Shown: positions 1-15,898 of the stretch, one piece after another
Position numbering within the stretch: the stretch's first letter is position 1
Layout: the number at the start of each line of letters is the position of its first letter
Assembly: GCF_009914755.1 (NCBI RefSeq)
Contig: NC_060945.1
Length of the DNA: 64,000 nucleotides
DNA from: the human T2T-CHM13v2.0 reference genome, Homo sapiens
Direction: 5' to 3' (one strand)
Notes under the pieces: generated by a model
Told to the model about the DNA's origin: nothing
Seen by the model: only the letters and a program-made list of their open reading frames with translations
The model's database searches: none
Translations under genes and position numbers: made by a program

Positions 1-714
1 TTGTTCTTCCTTTACTTTCTGACTTACTATGGATAACCTCTCTAAGTAGACTCTCTACTTTTTAACAGCACATTATTTTCTTGTTTACTAGTGCCCTTTC
101 CAATTTATTTGTTTATTATTTATAGCATATTAGAGAAATAGCCTATAAACATTAAGAGAGTAGGGGCCATATATGTCTTATTCACTCTTTTTTGGAATTC
201 AGTTTCTGACACAATGAAGGTACATCTTAAGTTGACTAAATGAATGACAAAATACAGTATGAATGAAGAATTGATTAAATCATTAATAACTATGGTATCA
301 ATTTCCCTCCACATTACCTTGAAATCAGCCTTTATTAGTCAATCTTGCACACTGGAAAGCTGGAAGGCAGATGCTGTATCTAGCCAATTATTTTATCACC
401 AATTCCAACAGGAACTCATACTCATAGATACTGTGCTGCTGTTAGAATAGCTGTCCATTATCTCTCAAATCATTTATTTTCTCAACTCTTTGTCTTGCCC
501 TCTTTGTTCTCATTTTTTCTTCCACAATTGACTAGTTTTCATTCATCATGGATTAGTCAACCGCATCTTTCCCATAAAACCTACACTCAAAGTAGAGTGA
601 CTTTTCCCTAAATTCCTATTTTTCCCAGCTTTGACACTTGACAATACTCTGTCTTTCAACCTTTTGGGAAGCTATTGTCTTGCATTGTCATCAACTTTTA
701 AACACGTGCATAAC

Positions 715-846
715 TTGTTATCTCAATTAAATTGTAATTTTTAAAGGAAAGGCATATAGCATATGACTACCTCTTTTATATTCTTAACAATGTTGAGAAT
801 AGTGCAATAAATGTAATAAACATCTTCACTGAATGAATGAATAAAC
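715..846 (+). mobile_element. L2 LINE 3' end fragment
   Basis: Ends in the typical L2 tail (...caataaat...tgaatgaatgaataaa). Highly diverged; boundaries approximate. Confidence 0.5.
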
Positions 847-2908
847 ATATCACTTATGGAATCACATTTTTATATTTAATCTTCCAGGAAAATAATTACT
901 TTATTTGACCTTGCCAAAACTTCTTGAAAACAACATATGTAACTTTAAGCCATATTTTTCAATAAATAACATCTTCATTACTCTGAGTGAATTGTAAGAA
1001 TTGACTCAATTACCAAGATGACCAAGCCAGCTTCAAGGATGTGACCAATACACTGTGAGAATTTGACTCATTGTATACTGGGCTTTTCACTTGGCTGTTT
1101 AACAGGAGAAAACAGGAAAGAAGCACACAGTCAAGTGTGCTTGCAGTGGAGAAATTGGTGTTCAGTGTTCTGGACAGGCTTTAAGTCCTCTGGGTTATAT
1201 CCAAGCAACACAGCCTCAGAGCTAGATCACAGAATCAAGACACCAGAATTCTACTTCTGTGTCCAACATTTAGTGCAATCAGATGGAATGCAACATTGAA
1301 ATATGAAATGTAATGTTTTAGTTAAATCAGTGTTCAAGCTGGCAATTTATTATATGCAGCCTGTTCAGAATTGAAAAATTTGCTATTGTCTAGACTGTGC
1401 TTCAGACAATCAGCCACAAATCCCAATGTAGAGGTTATTCTGTGGTTGCATAACTTAAATAAATTTCCTACCTCAAAGTCATTGACAAAAAAATACTGGA
1501 ATAACGAATCCCTAGTAAAGTCAGATCTCGTCAAATAGAAGTTATTTATAGTCATATACTGTGATAGATGGCCATATTCAAAGCATTTGATATTAAAAGT
1601 CTAAAATCAATCTTACTATGTATACATAGGAAGTTGTCAAGCTAATTTGACACTATTACACAGCATTTAAGTATGCACCAAGTCTAGAATGTTCAATTAG
1701 ACAAACTTACAATACCTAAGTAAAGTTATGTTAGTCTAGATAAATCATACTTATTTATTGAAGAATTCTAATTTGAAGAATTCCAGACAGCAAGTTTTAT
1801 TCTAAAAATAATTTATAATGTTAGCTGCAAATGTCATATATCAATAAGATTGTGTAAAAAGCCCTAAATTTTTCATCCTTAGAAAGCAGTTAATCATTGA
1901 GACATGATAACACCACCAAAAAAGATTACCCTATGCAGTTCTTGAAGTACATTTTGCTTCTAATAAATTTAAAAAGATAATTTCCACATAAAGGATATAT
2001 TCAAATCATGGCAATAATAAAAGCTAAGAAGTGCCATGGAATTAATAAGACCTTGCCCACAAAAGCAAAGAGCCAATTGGCAATAACATTGTCTAATGGA
2101 GGGGCAGACCGCTGGAACTCTCCTTGCACCGCCAAGAGAGTTAGAAAGTTATGACCAACAATAATTTGGTCAGGGGAAAAAGCTCAAATTGCATAATCTG
2201 TGAAACAAAAAAGAAGTCTGTGTGCCATTAGTTAATTTCCTCAAATTATACAAATAAGCTCTACTGAAGTTTAATGACAGACATATTGAGTGAGATTATC
2301 TCAAAACTCTTTTCCAACTTTTAAATTTTATGACTTTGTGACTGTCTAGTATATTTAAATCTGAATATAGATCGGGCAGAAATAAAACAAATAAAATTCT
2401 CTCCATAATGCTGGATATATTTATTTGATTTTTTTCAGAAGCTCAAAAAAGGGAAAATTTATCTTCATTGAACTTTCTTTGTGTGTCTTTTCAGCACTGG
2501 AACAGTTAGTACAGAGTTTCCTTCCAAGCAGTATTTTTCAATGACTTTTAAAAAATAAAAGGGAGGAATAAATGACTACCTGATAAGAAACAACTTCCTG
2601 ATGTGCAATGCCATGAGAAAAATTGATTTTCAAGTATTAAATAAATGTCTAAATATATTGATTATTAAAATAAGAACTATGAGTCCTCATTCACAAAAAA
2701 TAATTTTATCCTGTCCACTTAAGATAAAAAGAATTGCACTTGAACACTCTTTGGTCATTTTTAATGGGATTAGATTCTATAACTGTATTATTGAGAGGAA
2801 AATATAATATTAAACTGTCTAAGATTTGTGGCCAGGTGTTACTCATCAAAAATTTATGAGATCACTTGAAGGTATTCATTTCAAAGTTTATATCCTGTTG
2901 AACACAGT

Positions 2909-2911
2909 CAT

Positions 2912-2946
<35 letters not shown>

Positions 2947-2950
2947 TTTT
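2909..2950. repeat. (TTTA)n microsatellite
   Basis: About 10 tandem TTTA units read directly. Confidence 0.95.
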
Positions 2951-2964
2951 CTAACCAGTTTTTA

Positions 2965-3135
2965 AGAAAGAGCATGAGATTTGGAAAGAGAAGTTCTTAG
3001 TTCACATTCAGGCTTTGACTTTTACAAGTAATGTATCTTGGGCAAATCACTAATTTTGCTGCAGATAACTTTTTGTGTTTGAGAATTGCTAAGATATTTA
3101 CATTATGCAAAGATATAATTGCTTTGTAATCTATG
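2965..3135 (+). mobile_element. MIR SINE fragment
   Basis: agagcatgagatttgga...ttcacattcaggctttgactttta...atcttgggcaaatcactaa resembles the MIR core. Confidence 0.5.
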
Positions 3136-3679
3136 AAAATATATTAAAAATGTCAATAGGTAATATGGGAAGAATAGCTGGCTGTCCATCAAAATCTCCT
3201 TCCCATTTTTACTGTATATGGTTGTGGTTCCTTAAAGGAGCTAGGTTCCATTTCCAAGACCACCTTGCAGCTAGCTGTGGCCTTGTGACTGGTTAATATC
3301 AACAGAATAAGTAATTGTGTATGCCACTTTATGATCAAGGTAATAACATCATTCATCCTCCATACTCACTGTCTCTTTCCACAAAATAAATAAAAATGGT
3401 TATAGCCCCATGGGATGACAGAAGATGGGAGAAACTTAGGTTTCTGCATTATGGATATGGAAAAAAATCTGCTCATGGATCAGGAATAACCACCTTGGAC
3501 TGTTACTATGATGGTGAAAATGGTCTCTTGTGTTGACCCATTATATACTTTGCATGTATATTTTATCAAACCTTAGTGTATGCTTCCTAGTAGAGAAACT
3601 GATACCTTAAAGTGAAGTGTTTCTATTTAGTAAACCACTAAAATACAGGACATGGGAATAACAGCTGGGCAGTGGGCAG

Positions 3680-4126
3680 TGTGGTGGTGAATACTGAGTG
3701 TCAACTTGATTGGATTGAAGATGCAAAGTATTGATCCTGGGTGTGTCTGTGAAGGTGTTGCCAAAGGAGATTAACATTTGAGTCAGTGTGCTGGGAAAGG
3801 CAGACCCACCCTTAATCTGGATGAGCACAATCTAATCAGCTGCCAGTGCAGCTAGAACAAAAAGCAGGCAGAAGAATGTGAAAAGACTAGACTGGCTTAA
3901 CCTCCCAGCCTACATCTTTCTTCTGTACTGGATGTTTCCTGCCCTTGAACATCAGACTGCAAGAACTTCAGCTTTGGGACTCAGACTGGCTTCCTTGCTC
4001 CTCAGCTTGCAGATAGCCTATTGTGGGAGCTTGTGATCATGTGAGTTAATATTCCTTAATAAACTCACTTTTATTTATACACTTATACTATTAGTTCTGT
4101 CCCTCTAGAGAACCCTGACTAATACA
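3680..4126 (+). mobile_element. MLT2A 5' LTR
   Basis: tgtggtggtgaatactgagtgtcaacttgattggattgaag...gaaccctgactaataca; AATAAA near 4058. Confidence 0.95.
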
Positions 4127-4152
4127 GATTTTGGTACCAGGAGTGGTTTTAG

Positions 4153-6130
<1,978 letters not shown>

Positions 6131-6299
6131 ATCAGTTTCCAGACTTGAACTCGTTTAAAGACCCAGAACCCCTTGAATGGAGAGCAGGCTGGGTCCCCTT
6201 GAGGAAGGACCCCACTACACTACTGACAATTTATGCAGTTATCCTTTCTCCCATCCTTCCCCACAGAGACCTCTGGCCTTTTACCAGGGTAAAGTGCAT

Positions 6300-9200
6300 T
6301 GAGGAAAGGAAAATGATCAGACATTTCAGGGACTACTAGATACTGGCTCTGAGCTGACACTGATTCCAGGGAACCCAAAACATCATTGTGGTCCTCCAGT
6401 TGAAGTAGGGACTTATAGAGGTCAGGTAATTAATGGAGTTTTAGCCCAGATTCAACTTACAGTGGGTCCAGTGTGTTCCCAGACTCATTGTGTGGTCATT
6501 TCCCCAGTGCCAGAATGCATAATTGGCATAGACATACTTAGCAGCTGGCAGAACCCCCACATTGCTTCTCTGACTGGTAGGGTGAAGGCTATTATGGTGG
6601 AAAGGCCGAATGGAAGACAATAGAGCTGCCTCTACCTAGAAAAACAGTGAATCAAAAACAATATCGCATCCCTGGAGGGATTGCAGAGATTAGTACCACC
6701 ATCAAGGAACTGAACAATGCAGGGATGGTAATTCCCACCACATCCCCATTCAACTCTCCTATTTGGCCTGTGCAGAAGATAGATGGATCTTGGAGAATGA
6801 CAGTGGATTATTGTAAGCTTAACCAAGTAGTGACTCCAATTGCAGCTACTGTACCATATGTGGTTTCATCACTTGAGCAAATTAACCATCTCCTGGTACC
6901 TGGTATGTAGCCATTGATTTAGCAAATGCCTTTTTCTCCATTCCCGTACATAAGGCCCACCAGAAGCAATTTGCCTTTAGCTGGTGAAGCCAGCAATATA
7001 CTTTTATTATCCTACCTCAGGGGTATATCAACTCTCTGGCTTTGTGTCACAATTTTGTTTGGAGAGACGTTGATCAATTCTCCCTGGGGCCCAGAACAGG
7101 AAAAGGTTCTGCAACAGGTCCAGGCTGCTGCACAAGCTGCTCTGCCACTTGGGCCATATGACCCAGCAGATCTAATGTTTCTTGAGGTGTCAGTGGCACA
7201 TAGGGATGCTCTTTGGTCCAGAGATATGTGGATGTACCTCTCTGAGTGGTCAAAAACTGTGAAGATATTTGTATCCCATGTAAGTGCTCACCAACAGGTG
7301 ACCTCAGCAGATTCCCACAGATTTCCCCTTCCCAAAAGATATGACACTGGTTGATTTTGTTGAGGATATTATGCTGATTGGATCCAGTAAGTGAGAAGTA
7401 GCAAACACACTTGACTTATTGGTGAGACATTTGCATGCCAGAGGACGGGAAATAAATCTGACTAAAATTCTGGGATCTTCTGTGTCAGTAAAATTTCTGT
7501 GGGTCCAGTGGTGTGGGGCCTATCAAGATATTCTTTCTAAGGTGAAGGATAAGTTGCTGCATTTGACCCCTCCTACAACCAAGAAAGAGGCACAATACCT
7601 AGTGCGCCAATTTGGATTTTGGAGGCAATACATTCCTCATTTGAGTGTGTTACTCCAGCCCATTTATTGAGTGACTCAAAAGGCTGCCAGTTTTGAGTGG
7701 AGTCCAGAACAGGAAAAGGCTCTGCAACAGGTCCAGGCTGTTGTGCAAGCTGCTCTGCCACTTGGGCCATATGACCCAGCAGATCCAGTGTTGCTTGAGA
7801 TGTCAGTGGCAGACAGGGATGCTGTTTGGATCCTTTGGCAGGCCCCCATAAGTGAATCACAGTGGAGGCCTCCAGGATTTTGGAGCAAGGCCCTGCCATC
7901 TTCTGCTGATAACTACTCTCCTTTTGAGAGACAGCTCTTGGCCTGCTACTGGACTTTGGTGGAAACTGAACGTTTGACTATGGGTCATCAAGTCACCATA
8001 CCACCTGAACTGCCTATCATGAACTGGGTGTTTTCTGACCTATCCAGCCCTAAAATGTGTCATCCACAGCAGCATTCCATCATAAAATAGAAATGGTATA
8101 TACATGATTGGGCTTGAGCAGGTCCTGAAGGCACAAGTAAGTTACACGAGGAAGTTGTTCAAATGCCCATGGTCTCCACTCCTGACACTCTGCCTTCTCT
8201 CCCCGATCCTGCACTGATGGCCTCATGGGGAGTTCCCTATGATCAGTTGACAGAGGAAGGGAAGACTAGGGCCTGGTTCACAGATGGTTCTGAACAACAT
8301 GTAGGCACCACCTGAAAGTGGACAGCTGTGGCAATGTAGCCCCTCTCTAGGACATCCCTGAAGGACAGTGGTGAAGGGAAATCTTCCCAGTGGGCAGAAC
8401 TTCAACCAGTGCACCTGGCTGTGCGCTTTGCATGGAAGGAGAAATGACCAGATGTGTGACTGCATACTGATATATGAGCTGCGGCCAATCGTTTGACTGG
8501 ATGATGAGGGACTTGGAAGAAGCATGATTGGAAAATTGGTGACAAAGAAATTCGGGGAAGATGTATGTGGATGTACCTCTCTGAGTGGTCAAAAACTGTA
8601 AAGATATTTGTATCCTATGTGAGTGCTCACCAATAGGTGACCTCAACAGAGAAGGATTTTAATAATCAATGTTGGATAGGATGACCCATTCTGTGAACAC
8701 CACTCAGCCTCTCTCCCCAGTCACCTCTGATATCACCCAAAGGGACCATGAACAAAGTGGCCATGGTGGCAGGGGTGGAGGTTACATATGGGCTCAGCAA
8801 CACGGACTTCCACTCACCAAGGGTGACCTGGCTACAGCCACTGCTGAGTTCCCAATTTGCCAGCAGCAGAGACCAAAACTGAGCCCTCAATATGGCACCA
8901 TTCCTCGGGGTGATCAGCCAGCTACCTGGTGGCAGATTCATATTGGACCTCTTCCATCATGCAAAGGGCAGAGGTTTGTCCTCACTGGAATAGACACTTA
9001 CTCCTGATATAGGTTTGCCTATCCTGCACTCAATGCTTCTGCCAAGACTACCATCCGTGAACTCACAGAATGCCTTATCCACCATCATGGTATTCCACAC
9101 AGCATCGCCACCAAGCAAGGCAATAATCTTATGGCTAAAGAAGTGTAGGCAGTGGGCTCATGCTCATGGAATTCACTGGTCTTACCGTGTTCCCCATCAT

Positions 9201-9345
9201 TCTGACGCAGCTGGATTGATAGAATGGTGAAATGGCCTTTCAAAGTTGCAATTACAATGCCAACTAGGTGCAATACTTTGCAGGGCTGGGGCAAAGTTCT
9301 TCACAAGGCTGTGTGTTCTCTGAATCAGTGTCCAATATATAGTAT
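6300..9345 (+). pseudogene. pol: HERV-L pro/pol remnant (protease, RT, RNase H, integrase N-terminus and core)
   Basis: GLLDTGSELTL protease motif near 6330; [23 protein letters not shown]; LPQGY; degenerate YIDD (FVED) near 7355; YSPFERQLLACYW; WFTDGS; integrase HEQSGHGG and GIDTYS. Many stops and frameshifts. Confidence 0.93.
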
Positions 9346-9605
9346 TATGTTTGAGCATGTTTACACTCATACTAAGAAAATATCTTCGTTTTATTTCCTT
9401 TTTCATGTACCATAAGATTTATTGACTTCATATCAGAATTTAAGTGTTGTTAACTTTATGTAATAGCATTTGGATTGGGGATTGGTTCATTTCTAGTTTT
9501 AAGAAAGATAGCTGTATTATGTTAGGTATAATTATGATAGTTTATTTGAAGATTATGTATGATCTCAGGAGATTTGTATGGGTTCAAGTTGACAAGGGGT
9601 GGATG

Positions 9606-10025
9606 TGTGATGGTTAATACTGAGTGTCAACTTGACTTGATTGAAAGATGCAAAATGCTGGTCCTGGGTGTGTCTGTGAGGGTGTTGCCAAAGGAGATTA
9701 ACAGTTGAGTCAGTGGGCTGGGAAAGGCAGACCCACCCTTAACTGGGTGGGCACCATCTAATCAGCAGGCAGAAACAGGTGAAAAAGAGAGACTGGCCTA
9801 GGCTGCCAGCCTACGTCTTTCTCCCGGGCTGGATACTTTCTGCCCTCGAACATTGGACTCCAAGTTCTTCAGCTTTGGGACTCGGACTGGCTTCCTTCCT
9901 CCTCAGCTTGCAGACAGCCTATTATGGAACCTTGTGATTGTGTGTTAATACTCCTTAATAAACTCCTCTTTGTATGTACATCTATCCTGTTAGCTCTGTT
10001 CCTCTAGAGAACCCTGACTAGTACA
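9606..10025 (+). mobile_element. MLT2A 3' LTR
   Basis: Direct repeat of 3680-4126 with a ~25-bp internal deletion; ends ctgactagtaca followed by the TSD. Confidence 0.95.
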
Positions 10026-11799
10026 GGCAGTGAGGAATAGCTGATGTAGGCTGGGAAATTGGGGACCTATGCTGTGCAGTATCAAAATATTTGGCTAAAC
10101 TATTGCCGGAGATGAGTTAGAAGGCCAAAGACAGATAATTGTGGTTCTAGGGAAATTGTTGGAAGGAGCCAAAATATTAGTGTGTGTTGGCTACACAGAC
10201 TGCATTTAGCAAAATATTTCAGGAAAAAGATTAGCTTATATATGACTGACCAACTGGTAGCAGGGCTGGAAAAAGAGAACTCTTGAAGCCCACATAGCAT
10301 TTGCTCTCCAGAGATTGTTAAGACTTTCCAGAATAAAAAGAATTTAGCCATGTGATAAAGGTCAGGTTAAAGGCATTGTTTTCTCACACAAGTGTATTGT
10401 TTTAAGTGGTTTTTATTTAGTGGCCACTAAATTTGAAGAAATAGCCATGAGGGAAAGACAGCAAAATTACAAGGCAGATGTAAGAACTATGTCTAGGAAA
10501 AAATTCAGGGTATGACTCCAGTCATAATAAACTAACTAGAAGCAAATATTCCTGAAAATTTTGAAAGGGCTGTGCCAAGAAAGAATGCATGATTCTAGGC
10601 TGTAAAATCCAGAGACCAATGGGCAAGCCTTAACACTTGGACCCCCAAAATTGAATGAATAAGTAGTCAGCTATGAAAGCTGATCAGTTCTCAAAGGGTC
10701 AGAGTTTCTGACATCCACTGCAAATAATGATGTCATGAAGGATTGAACAAGGAGAAACAATCTAGAGGTAATACTCAGGGTCATGAAGAACAAAGGGCAA
10801 GATAATTTTTCTATAAAAAGAGTGCCTAATCCATAATATATTATAGGGATATTTTAATGCCTGTTCAGCAGAATATGACAAAGGAGTAGTGACTACTGTG
10901 AGATTTTTAACATATATTCTACCCTTCTACCATCATATTTGGTGTGGAGGAAGGCAGGGGCAAATAGCTTGTCATTTTGATTAGCAGGTCACTGGACAGG
11001 TAGAAGTCATATCTGGTCTATGGAAGCAAATGTACAACTCCCACAGATCATGGATTTTGAGCTGATGCAGTTTCTTAATCAAAATCTGGAATTTTCCTCT
11101 TAGTGATGGGATAGGTGTGGTTTCCAAGTGGGAAGAAAGGTGCAATTTTCCCACCCAAAGAACTAAGAGTGAATTTGGCAGTCAGAGAAATGGACGGTAG
11201 AAGTATCAATGTCTCCACTAACCTTGCTAGTCACTTGTAGCTGGGAAGCAGCTACCCAGTTAAGAAGTGCATTTATTTACTCTGCTTGCGTTCAGATGTG
11301 ATCATGTGATTAGTTGTCAACAAAGTTAGGTGAACAGAAAAGATGTGAGCCACTTCCAGGCAAAGGATGTAATTAATTGGTTTGCTTTTGTCCATTCCAC
11401 TTCCCCTTGTACTCATGGATGCCAATATGATGAAAGGTGGAGCCACAATCCAGAAGACTGGGACTCTGAGTCACCCATGGAAAAGAGTCACCTTGAATTG
11501 TGTGGGCTAGAAATAAACTTTCATTGCATTTGAAGCATGTAGATCATTTTGTTTCTATTTGTTACCACAGTTTAGTATAATCTTCCACATTATAGTTATA
11601 TTAGTAAGAGATAATATTTATTCAGGGAAAAGCACAATGTTAACAAAGTCATTTTAAGTGTTCTTGTAAGAAGAAAAATATGGATATGGAATACACTGCA
11701 ATATATGATGCATATCTAAGGCATTTTTGCATTTGAAATCTGAGGTGAAAACTCCTTTCATGTAACTTGGCTAGTTTTTGTTATGTAATATTAACAGAC

Positions 11800-11895
11800 T
11801 ATGCACATATATATGTGTATATATATATATACGCATATAAATATATATGTGTATATATATATATATGCATATAAATATATATATGTGTGTGTATA
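11800..11895. repeat. (TA)n-rich compound tandem repeat
   Basis: Repeated gcatataaatatatatgtgtatatata units. Confidence 0.9.
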
Positions 11896-12169
11896 ATTTG
11901 TTTAAAAATGAATCTTCTACTAATATAAATGAAGAAAAACATAAAAGTACATAATCTTATTTATAATGTAATATGTGAATTTCAGCTTTGCATTTTTGAT
12001 TGAGTTTTATTTGCTCTTTGACAAAAATTGAGCAGCCATCAGATATGTGATGGGGAAAATATACAAACAAAGCTATGACTTATATAACTCGTGCCTTGAA
12101 AATCAAGTAAAAGAAGCCACAGTGCAGTTTTAGGACAACAAATGAGTCAGGAATCAAAAGTTCTAAACT

Positions 12170-12575
12170 CTGGTTTAGCGTCTACTTGCTAACAATGGAT
12201 TGGTTCTCAGACATCAATTTTTCCCTATTTCCATTTAGAGAGAGAGAAAGCTAAAATGTACATTTCTCAGACTCCCTCACAGCTATGGTTTTGGACATAA
12301 GATTCTGCCAAGCACAATTTAGAAATTATAATGAGAAGGAAGTCACCTTCCTATGATTACTGTACTAATGTTTTCAGTGTTCTAACCTCAAGTTCTACTT
12401 TGTAGTCACCAACTGCGTACAGTAGCAAAAACATGTTCCTGAAGAGTAGTATGAACTTCTGCTCTTCCAGACATCCCTACAATTTTTGAAGTACCTAATT
12501 CCCTGAATTAAGTTTCATTCTATTTGAAGCATCTAAAGCGGCTCTTTTTTCCTGTACTGAACATTGAGTGACTCA
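12170..12575 (+). mobile_element. LTR33-like ERVL solo LTR
   Basis: catttctcagactccctcacagctatgg... and a 3' end taattccctgaattaag...tttgaagcatctaaagcggctc...ctgaac typical of LTR33/LTR16. Confidence 0.55.
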
Positions 12576-15500
12576 CTAATAATGAGTGATTAATAAACTC
12601 TTTGAGCTCAACTGATCATAGATAAACATTAATAGGTAGTATTTCAACTGAGAAACAGTTGAGGACTATGGCCAAGTTTATAGTTTCCAAAGCACTAAAA
12701 AGAAAAAAAAAAAAGAAAATTTATACAAAAATCAGAAAATGAAGAAAGGAAAAACTATAAAATAAAATGGCAGAATGACAAGGGTAAATAATATTAAAAT
12801 AAACCAGAATGGCCTGATTGTATTCATTTAAATAAAGGAATAAGAAAGTACGTCTTTCTCTCTTTTCCTTTAGAAACCCCACTAAAACAAGAAATGTGTT
12901 CAAAGTGGAATTTTAAAATAGTATAAACCTGGAAAAGTGAAAATAACGAGAGGGGTTTATAAATAAATCAGAGATGTCAACAAATATGTGAAAGTCATAA
13001 GGTGTAAAGAAGTGAGTAAACAAATGAAGGAAGAAGAAATAATCACATCTTCGAATATCAGTGCTACAGAGCCAGTGCAAGTCTGTCTCCCTAGTGGAAT
13101 GTCTGAAGCACGGGGCTCACAGTTGGCAAGAAAGGGAGAGAAAAAGACTGAGAAGTGAGGTTAAAACAGATTTTTAGCACGTTCTGCAAATATGTTTAAG
13201 TACATTTTGCTTGTTCTCTGTATCTTCCAGAATGTTTAAAGTAGTCCAACATTTTTTAAATTTAATGCCAAACATTGGAGAAAGGAGAGAGAAAATGGTA
13301 AATATATGTGAACCACATAGTCCACATCAGGAATTAACAACTATTTTGCACTTTACTAAAGTAAATAATCCAGAATTATAGGAGTTTACATATGAGAACG
13401 GACGCACTGAATCTGGACTTAGAGGAAGATTCATTTTTCTGGCAGATTCTGAGTTGTTTACTACATGTAAGTTTTATATCCTTGGGGATGGAGTTGGTGA
13501 ATGCCTTGGAAGGCAACAACAAATCAAGAGTTGGAAGATACATATTTTTTAAAGAGAGAGCTCCTATAATTTATAATTTTATGAATGGCTCAATCTTCCT
13601 TCTTAGCATGTCTAGTTCTGATGGATCTATTTGTTATTCCTGTACATTCCTATCCTGTGCCTCTAGGCCTTTTGGCATCAATAAGCAGGTGTAGCTCCTG
13701 CTGCAACAATCAGAGAAGAAATAAGCTTAGGACAAATTACTAACAAATTTTTACTAATACTAACTGGCAATTGTGACATAGGCCTTACCACATATCTCAT
13801 TAGGGCTCTAACACTTGCAGACAAACCCTTTTACATAGTTAACCAATTTTCACATATAAAATTCATGTCTTTTTCTGTAAACATTGGGAAACTTAGGCAC
13901 TAGTTTTTAGATGCAATTGAAATGCAAAAAGCCAAAGCACTTCAGCAGTGTAAAGAACTCTGAAAATCCATTCCTCCATAAGAGCTAAGAGAACACTAGC
14001 TGAATTGTTCAAAATCAACATTTTTATAACTCTGGAAGTTAACCAAAGGCTTGCAATAATTAGTGGATTGAAAAAACACACAAACAAACAAACAAAAAAA
14101 CGAATCTCAGTAAGAAGAGTGAGGTTTGTGGTATTTCTAATTTCCCCTGTTCCCATCCCTGCTCCTCTGTACCTCGGCAACAGCCTTGAAAACCAGCAGC
14201 CTTACAACCATGGTAGCTGTAAGAACCAGCAGTCTAACAGCCACTGAAGGAAGAATGCGTTTGGAGCTCCAAAAACCAGATCTTGAGAGAAATGTTATTT
14301 TTTGACCTGTCTGGCACCATTCATAGGGGGCTCATCTTTACATGAAGTAAGTCAGAGCTTACTCACTAGGAAAATCCCTTCCCCAGGTCATTTATCAAAA
14401 ATTTCACAGAGAATTATATATTACTTCAGCTGCCTGAGGTGTTAATATCATTTGGGGTAAGCAAGAGTCTGGCCAAAAAACTTAACAAGAAAACTTGGAG
14501 ATGATATGTCCACTGAGCTGTGAAAAGCTCTGTCACGTTCTTGGGAATCTGAAGATCATATACATGTACAGGGCTGTACAATACTCAGAAAAGAACTGAG
14601 AAAGTTCTAACCTCTCATTTCTAGTTAATTTTGATACTTTATCCAAGCAGGAAGTAATGGCTGAAGCACAAATGTGAACTCTCAGAGCATTAAAGACATG
14701 CCCAACACACAAACAAAGCCCCTCAGGAGAGTTTAGGGGACTAGTTGGCTCAAAAAATCTAAGGAAATGAATCATTAGCTGATCACTCAGTTAAATGAGC
14801 AGTGACTTCAGTGATTGCACATGACCAAGAATACAGACTTTAGAGAATTATTTCATGAAAAACCTGAAAGGAACAAATAGCAACAGCAAAAACAAAACTA
14901 GGGGAAGGAGGAGATCTGATTACCAAAGCTAACACATGATATAATTTTAAGTATCCAGTTTTTAACAAGTAATTATAAGACATCCAAAGAAACAGGAATG
15001 TATTATCGTACATGAGAAAAAAAGCATTCAATAGAAACTGTTCCTGAGGAAGCCCAGATGTTGGATTTATTAGACACATACAGTAGCTATTCGAAATGTG
15101 CTCAAAGAACTGAAGAAAATCTTGTGGAAAGAATGAAAATAAAGTTAGAAAAATTCCTCACTCAATATCAATAAAGAGAGAGAAATTATTTTTAAAAAAG
15201 AATCAATAGAAATTCTGAAGTTGACAAACAATTTTTATTTTTACTACAGGGGCTTTATAGCACATTTAAGTTATCAAAAGAAGAACAAATAACCTTGTAA
15301 ACAAGTCCATTGAGATTATCCTGTCTGAGGAACAGAAAAAAATAACAAGATCTCTGGGATTGGAGTTTCAGGAGGAAAGCATAAAGAGAAAGAGATAGAA
15401 AAAAATTTTGAAAAAATACAGGCAAAAACTTTCAAACTTTGATTTAAAAAACACTAACTTACACATCCAAGAAGATCAACAACTTCCAAGTAGGATTAAC

Positions 15501-15898
15501 TCAAAAAGATCCAAGTGTAGACACATTATAATCAGAGTGGCAAAAGCTGAAAACAAAGAGGGTGTTGAAAGCAGCAAGAAAAAAGAGTATTATAAGGTAC
15601 AAAGGAATCTCAATAAAATTAACAGGTGACTTTCAACAGAAATCATGGAGGTTATAAGGCAGTAAAACAACATATTCAAAGTGCTTAAAGCAAAAGAATG
15701 TCAACCAAGAATTGAATATCCAGCAAAACTAACCTTCAAAAATTAAAGAGAGATTAAGATATCCCCAGGCCAAAAAAAAAAAAAAAAGAAAAAAAAGGAA
15801 ATTTGTAACTAACAGACCTATACTACCATAAATACTGAAGCAACTCCTTCAGAATCAAATGAAAAGAAGTTAGACAGTAATTCAAATCCACATGAACA

